Source of the DNA: Candidatus Zixiibacteriota bacterium
GTDB lineage: Bacteria > Zixibacteria > MSB-5A5 > WJJR01
Length of the DNA stretch: 64,000 bases
Assembly (NCBI GenBank): GCA_036397555.1
Contig: DASWIS010000001.1
Location: 120,854-184,853, forward strand
Direction: 5' to 3'
Shown: piece after piece, positions 60,901 through 64,000 of the stretch
How positions within the stretch are numbered: the first letter of the stretch is position 1
How the letters are laid out: the number at the start of each line of letters is the position of its first letter
Notes under the pieces: model-generated
What the model was told of the DNA's origin: nothing
The model's database searches: none
Seen by the model: only the letters and a program-made list of their open reading frames with translations
Made by a program: the position numbers and the translations under genes

Positions 60901-63857
60901 GCAACTACACCTCCGGCTCGTTCTTCCCGGTCGGTGAGACGGAAGTCGTCTGCTGGGCATTAGACGACGCCGGCAATTTCGACACTTGCCGCTTCAAAGT
61001 TGTCATTATCGAGGAGACCTTCCGCTGGGATGTCCTGCCCGACTCGCTCTGCTTCGAGGCCGATTGCGGCGTCGATCCCGAGCCGATGTGCGCCTATGTC
61101 AGTCTGCTCGATCCGTGCTTCTTCAAGGACCAACAGGGCTGGGTGTGGGAAGCGTTCCTCAACGGCGACAACTGGCTGCGCATCGAACCGACAACCGGCT
61201 TTGAAGGCGACACCTTCTGTGTCTATATCGACGTCGACTCGCTGGAGCCGGGGCATTATGAAGCATGGGTCTGGGTCTGCACGTCCACCACGTCCACCAA
61301 GACCAATTTCCCTGAGTGCGACTCCGTGCTGGTCAAGCTTGATGTCCGCGATCCGGAGATCGGCGACATCGTGGCCAACCCCGACACGCTCTGCTTCACC
61401 TTCACCGGCGAGTGGAAGTGCGACACCCTGATCAATTGCGATGGGAAGAGCGATCCGGTCGGTGAGTGCGACACGAACATCAACTGCAACTTCGCCGATC
61501 AGTTGTGTCAGTGGGTCTATCTCGAGCACAACGGCTGCGGCGAGATCTGCTGGTACTGGTATGAGGCGTTTGAGGCCGCACCATGGATCAGCCTCATTGA
61601 ACCCGACAGCGGCACGACCCCCGATTCGGTCCTGATCTGCGTCGATCCGTGCGGACTGCCGGCGGGCAAGTACTATGACACGCTGATATTCTGTCCGTGC
61701 ATCGAGATCAAGGACGACGACGCGTTCGGTTGTGATGCTGTTGTGATCAAACTGGTGATCGAGAATCCGCCGATCCTCGCGCTCGATCCGACTGGTGTGA
61801 AGTTTGACATGGGCACACCCGACGCCGACACCATGGTGTATGTCAACGTGGTCAACCTCGGCGGCGGCGAACTGTGCTGGACCGCGTGGAACAACGCGAC
61901 CTGGCTGGACATCGACCCATACCTGGAGTTGAGAATCGGCGACGGTCAGATTTGCGTGTCGGTCGATACGACCGGGCTGGTCGGGCCCGACACGCTGGTC
62001 GACACGATCTATGTCGATGCCCGTTGCGCGCTGCTGAGTCCGGGATACGTGATTGTCACGCTGTGCCTCCCACCGCCCCCGTGCGCCGGCATCTGCGGGC
62101 ATGTCGTCGAGGTCTGCGACGTGTTTAACGGCAATTGCGAAGGGGCCATCCTCGACGCGTGCGTGCAGGCATGGACGTCCTACCCCGACGGCGAGATCGT
62201 CGACAGCGCCCGCACCGACGAGTGCGGCCGCTTCTGCCTCGATGAACTGGCTGAGGGAATCTACGACATCCGCGTCTATGCCGAGGGCTACTGCGGCGAC
62301 GTGATTGAAGACGTCGAGTGCGGCGTCACGGAGTTGTGTGTGGAGCTGGATTCGATTCCCTTCCAGCCGAACCCGGCATGGCCGTATTTCTGCGACTACT
62401 ATTCGATCGATGCCCGTCTCGAGGGTGTCCCGCTTGTACCGGGTGATGTCATCCTCGCGGTCGATCCCGACGGCGTCTATTGCGGTGTCACGGTCGTAGA
62501 GAATCCGGGCGAGTATCTGATTCACGTGCTCGGTGATGACCCCGGGACTCCGGGTGACGAGGGCGCCGAGGAAGGCGACAAGATCACGCTGCTTTTGAAC
62601 TGCGTGTGCCCGGCGATGCCCGACAGTCTGTGGACACAGCAGGGCAACTTCCAGTACGACGTCGACTTCGACTGCGGCACGATCACGATCTGCTGCGATC
62701 TGTGCTACCCGTTCAATCTGCTCTCGATCAACGTGATCCCGTTGGATGCCACGCTGCCGGACGTGTTCAGCTCGATCGAACCGGACTTCACCCGCGTTTG
62801 GAGCGCGACTTGTGCAGACGGCGATCTCTCGTGGGAACGTGATCGCCCGATCAACGATCTTAACTCGATCGATCCGTTGCACGGGTTTGGTCTGAAGGTC
62901 ACCGAGGAAGGCCTGACGCTTTGCATCACCGGCGTTCCGATTCCCGCGAACACCCCGATCGGGCTGTGCTCGGGTTGGAACTTCGTCAGTTATCTGCCGA
63001 TGGAGAACGACGATCTGGAGCATGCGCTCCAGAGCATCGATGGTCTCTACACCCGCGTCCTCGGGTACGATTGCGACGGCTGGCACACATTCGAGAGCGG
63101 CCGCGACATCAATGATCTGCTTTGCATGGACACGTGTCTCGGCTACTGGATCTTCATGGAAGACGAAGGCACGCTGGTGTATCCGTTGAGCGGATACGAG
63201 TGCAATGATGCCGTCGAGCCGGGAACAGGTAAGGTTGTGGGCGGCGGTAGTTTGTTGCAGCCCTCCATGTACTTTGCCGATTACTGGTCTGTCGGTGATC
63301 CGACCCTCGCCGGCCTGCAGCCCGGTGACGTGATTACGGCCAGGACGACTGATGGCGTTGCCTGCGGCGAGGTCGTGGCCGGAGTCTCCGGCGCGTTCCT
63401 CATGCACGTCTACGGTGACGACCCCAGCACGCCGGAGGTCGAGGGTGCGCAGCCGGGCGAAGTCGTCGAGTTCTTCGTCAACAGTCGTGCGGCATCCGTG
63501 GCGTCTGGCTCGTCGCGTTGGAGTGATCGCGGTTCCAGCGAGATCGCTCTGGTCGTCGGCGAGGCCGCCACAGTTCCCGGCGACTACCGTCTGGATCAGA
63601 ACTATCCCAATCCGTTCAACCCGTCGACGGCGATCAGCTTCGCTCTGAAGCACGATGCCGATGTCAAGCTGATGATCTACAACGTGTTGGGCCAGAAGGT
63701 CCGAATGTTGCAGAATGGCTTCTTGTCCGCCGGCACACATACCCTGACTTGGGATGGTCGGACGGATCTGGGCGACATCGCTCAAAGCGGCATATACTTC
63801 TATCGGATCGAGACACCCGAGTGGTCCGATGTGAAGAAGATGACGTTCCTGAAGTAA
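57963..63857 (+). CDS. giant (~1965 aa) cell-surface protein: ~10 HYR (hyalin-repeat) domains, a carboxypeptidase-regulatory-like domain, and a T9SS type-A C-terminal sorting domain
   Basis: Start MKRFLIWLCACCLVVLCTPLAHA (signal) with aaggagga RBS. Reiterated ~80-aa units AKCPADIIVSNDPDSCGAIVNF...FPVGTTTVT...DTCSFDVTV. C-terminus YRLDQNYPNPFNPSTAISFAL...YFYRIE matches the T9SS CTD (TIGR04183-like). Confidence 0.8.
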   Translation: MKRFLIWLCACCLVVLCTPLAHAADRVEVESKQVNAGDAGVTLGVNVQNDVDLFGLVLPLEFRSMTGGAFYRSNFSFVVGGRFAIAGFVTQIYYGVKQVNAGGCDNLPSYSGSATSAGTATDFYTSPDGTMWSGIATASPYVIGDDFTSGTPSFVYTFDVDTLCGTFEVDTMCTTPGNHLTGVDAGFGPVPLAFSKGTVTVCEPAGNIPPVAVCLADSLDFEVDSLCNATVTPGDLDNGSFDPDGITVDLSLNPPGPFGLGCHDVWLVVTDIAGDKDSCLTKVCIVDTTPPEAKCPADIIVSNDPDSCGAIVNFSADGNDNCSIDSISFSHLPGDFYPVGTTTVTIVVWDGSGNADTCSFDVTVNDAQAPVAKCPADIVVSNDPDSCSAVVNYNVTGNDNCGINNVTYDISPGSSFNVGTTTVTATVWDDAGNGDTCSFDVTVEDTEPPSITCPADTILPNDLDACTTRVFFYASARDNCGIDSVTYDHASGSFFPIGTTTVTATAWDASENSSSCQFDVIIEDTQAPEAKCPGDIFVQVGPTTDDTVVTWLAFINDNCDSGTVVCTPPSGSTFGLGATRVCCVATDAAGNESDSCCFDVVVSQEPLDAPPVAQCLADSTSFYVDTLCEVTVTPADLDNGSFDPDSGLVDLALNPPGPFALGCHDVWLVVTDDEGDKDSCLMRVCIEDTISPTIECKGDTTVYVEFDKCYVEWDAYAWSTYSDNCALDFVDCYFEAPGKGIPETLNPGIYTFWCVAVDESGNSDSCSYTLTVLDTIPPEISCPQIDIQVENDSGQCGAVVTFERPATDNCEIDSVICVPPSGSFFPVGVTPVVCTAYDIHGNQSECRFNVIVNDVEPPVITCPDADTIYTEPDQCYAFFAPSDGVIATDNCDIDRVDCGYDDKGGLGTQQLSPGTWYFYCDAIDVNGNVSRCYRTVTVIDNQAPELKCPDDIYKTICNPQGDTVQFTVEVNDNCGAQFGCNYTSGSFFPVGETEVVCWALDDAGNFDTCRFKVVIIEETFRWDVLPDSLCFEADCGVDPEPMCAYVSLLDPCFFKDQQGWVWEAFLNGDNWLRIEPTTGFEGDTFCVYIDVDSLEPGHYEAWVWVCTSTTSTKTNFPECDSVLVKLDVRDPEIGDIVANPDTLCFTFTGEWKCDTLINCDGKSDPVGECDTNINCNFADQLCQWVYLEHNGCGEICWYWYEAFEAAPWISLIEPDSGTTPDSVLICVDPCGLPAGKYYDTLIFCPCIEIKDDDAFGCDAVVIKLVIENPPILALDPTGVKFDMGTPDADTMVYVNVVNLGGGELCWTAWNNATWLDIDPYLELRIGDGQICVSVDTTGLVGPDTLVDTIYVDARCALLSPGYVIVTLCLPPPPCAGICGHVVEVCDVFNGNCEGAILDACVQAWTSYPDGEIVDSARTDECGRFCLDELAEGIYDIRVYAEGYCGDVIEDVECGVTELCVELDSIPFQPNPAWPYFCDYYSIDARLEGVPLVPGDVILAVDPDGVYCGVTVVENPGEYLIHVLGDDPGTPGDEGAEEGDKITLLLNCVCPAMPDSLWTQQGNFQYDVDFDCGTITICCDLCYPFNLLSINVIPLDATLPDVFSSIEPDFTRVWSATCADGDLSWERDRPINDLNSIDPLHGFGLKVTEEGLTLCITGVPIPANTPIGLCSGWNFVSYLPMENDDLEHALQSIDGLYTRVLGYDCDGWHTFESGRDINDLLCMDTCLGYWIFMEDEGTLVYPLSGYECNDAVEPGTGKVVGGGSLLQPSMYFADYWSVGDPTLAGLQPGDVITARTTDGVACGEVVAGVSGAFLMHVYGDDPSTPEVEGAQPGEVVEFFVNSRAASVASGSSRWSDRGSSEIALVVGEAATVPGDYRLDQNYPNPFNPSTAISFALKHDADVKLMIYNVLGQKVRMLQNGFLSAGTHTLTWDGRTDLGDIAQSGIYFYRIETPEWSDVKKMTFLK
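58601..58850 (+). repeat. intragenic ~250-bp segment duplicated at 59804-60053 (~80 % nucleotide identity, includes a 32-bp perfect match)
   Basis: ggctgccatgatgtctggctcgtcgtgaccga occurs in both copies. Both encode VCLADS...GCHDVWLVVTD...DKDSCL units. Confidence 0.6.
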
Positions 63858-63872
63858 TCAATGCTGATGACG

Positions 63873-63910
63873 GCCCCGTACGGCCAATGTTGCTGTACGG
63901 GGCTTGTCAT
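63873..63910 (+). terminator. possible terminator hairpin after the giant gene
   Basis: gccccgtac-13 nt loop-gtacggggc followed by a weak T tract (ttgtcat). Confidence 0.3.
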
Positions 63911-64000
63911 GACATGAGTTCTTAACAGGATTCAAACAACGTGATTCGGCCCGCCAGCGCCTCACCCGCTGTGAGAGCCCGGTCGGTCACCGAATCCCCG

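Noticed and set aside
60960-63785. 941-aa minus-strand ORF inside the giant HYR gene
   Set aside because: Antisense shadow ORF typical of high-GC DNA. Its product is Arg/Ala-rich with no domain logic, whereas the + strand encodes a coherent signal peptide, HYR repeats and a T9SS CTD.

Overview
High-GC (~62-63 %) bacterial chromosomal window. It is densely coded and mixes housekeeping genes with one large accessory block, a complete type VI secretion system (T6SS).

Housekeeping genes: panB (partial), folK, folB, an adenosylcobalamin-dependent ribonucleotide reductase nrdJ preceded by NrdR boxes, iscS-iscA, a YceI gene, thiL, aqpZ, tRNA-Arg(ACG) and tmRNA (ssrA).

T6SS block, ~21.7-48.5 kb, co-directional: tssJ-tssK-tssL-tssM-tagF-tssA-tssB-tssC-hcp-tssE-tssF-tssG-clpV, then a DUF2778 (Tlde1-like) protein, vgrG, a small gp5-like ORF, a DUF2169 adaptor, a KAS/thiolase-like protein, a DUF4150 PAAR-like protein with a Cys-rich GHH-motif (HNH/EndoVII-like) C-terminal toxin domain, and two translationally coupled candidate immunity genes. 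This downstream module strongly resembles, from memory, the Pseudomonas aeruginosa vgrG1b/Tse7 module.

Other notable items: (i) a 23-bp exact direct repeat of the tmRNA 3' end flanks a ~330-bp segment that contains only a small GIY-YIG nuclease gene; (ii) two large secreted proteins (FG-GAP-like and BNR-containing) share a cysteine-bracketed, dockerin-like C-terminal double repeat; (iii) a ~2000-aa protein of ~10 HYR repeats ends in a T9SS type-A sorting domain, which points to an FCB-group/Gemmatimonadota-like lineage (inference); (iv) an aminotransferase-fold protein apparently lacks the PLP-binding lysine.

Many long antisense shadow ORFs, typical of GC-rich DNA, were rejected.

All calls rest on reading the sequence and ORF translations and on remembered family signatures. 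No database searches were run.
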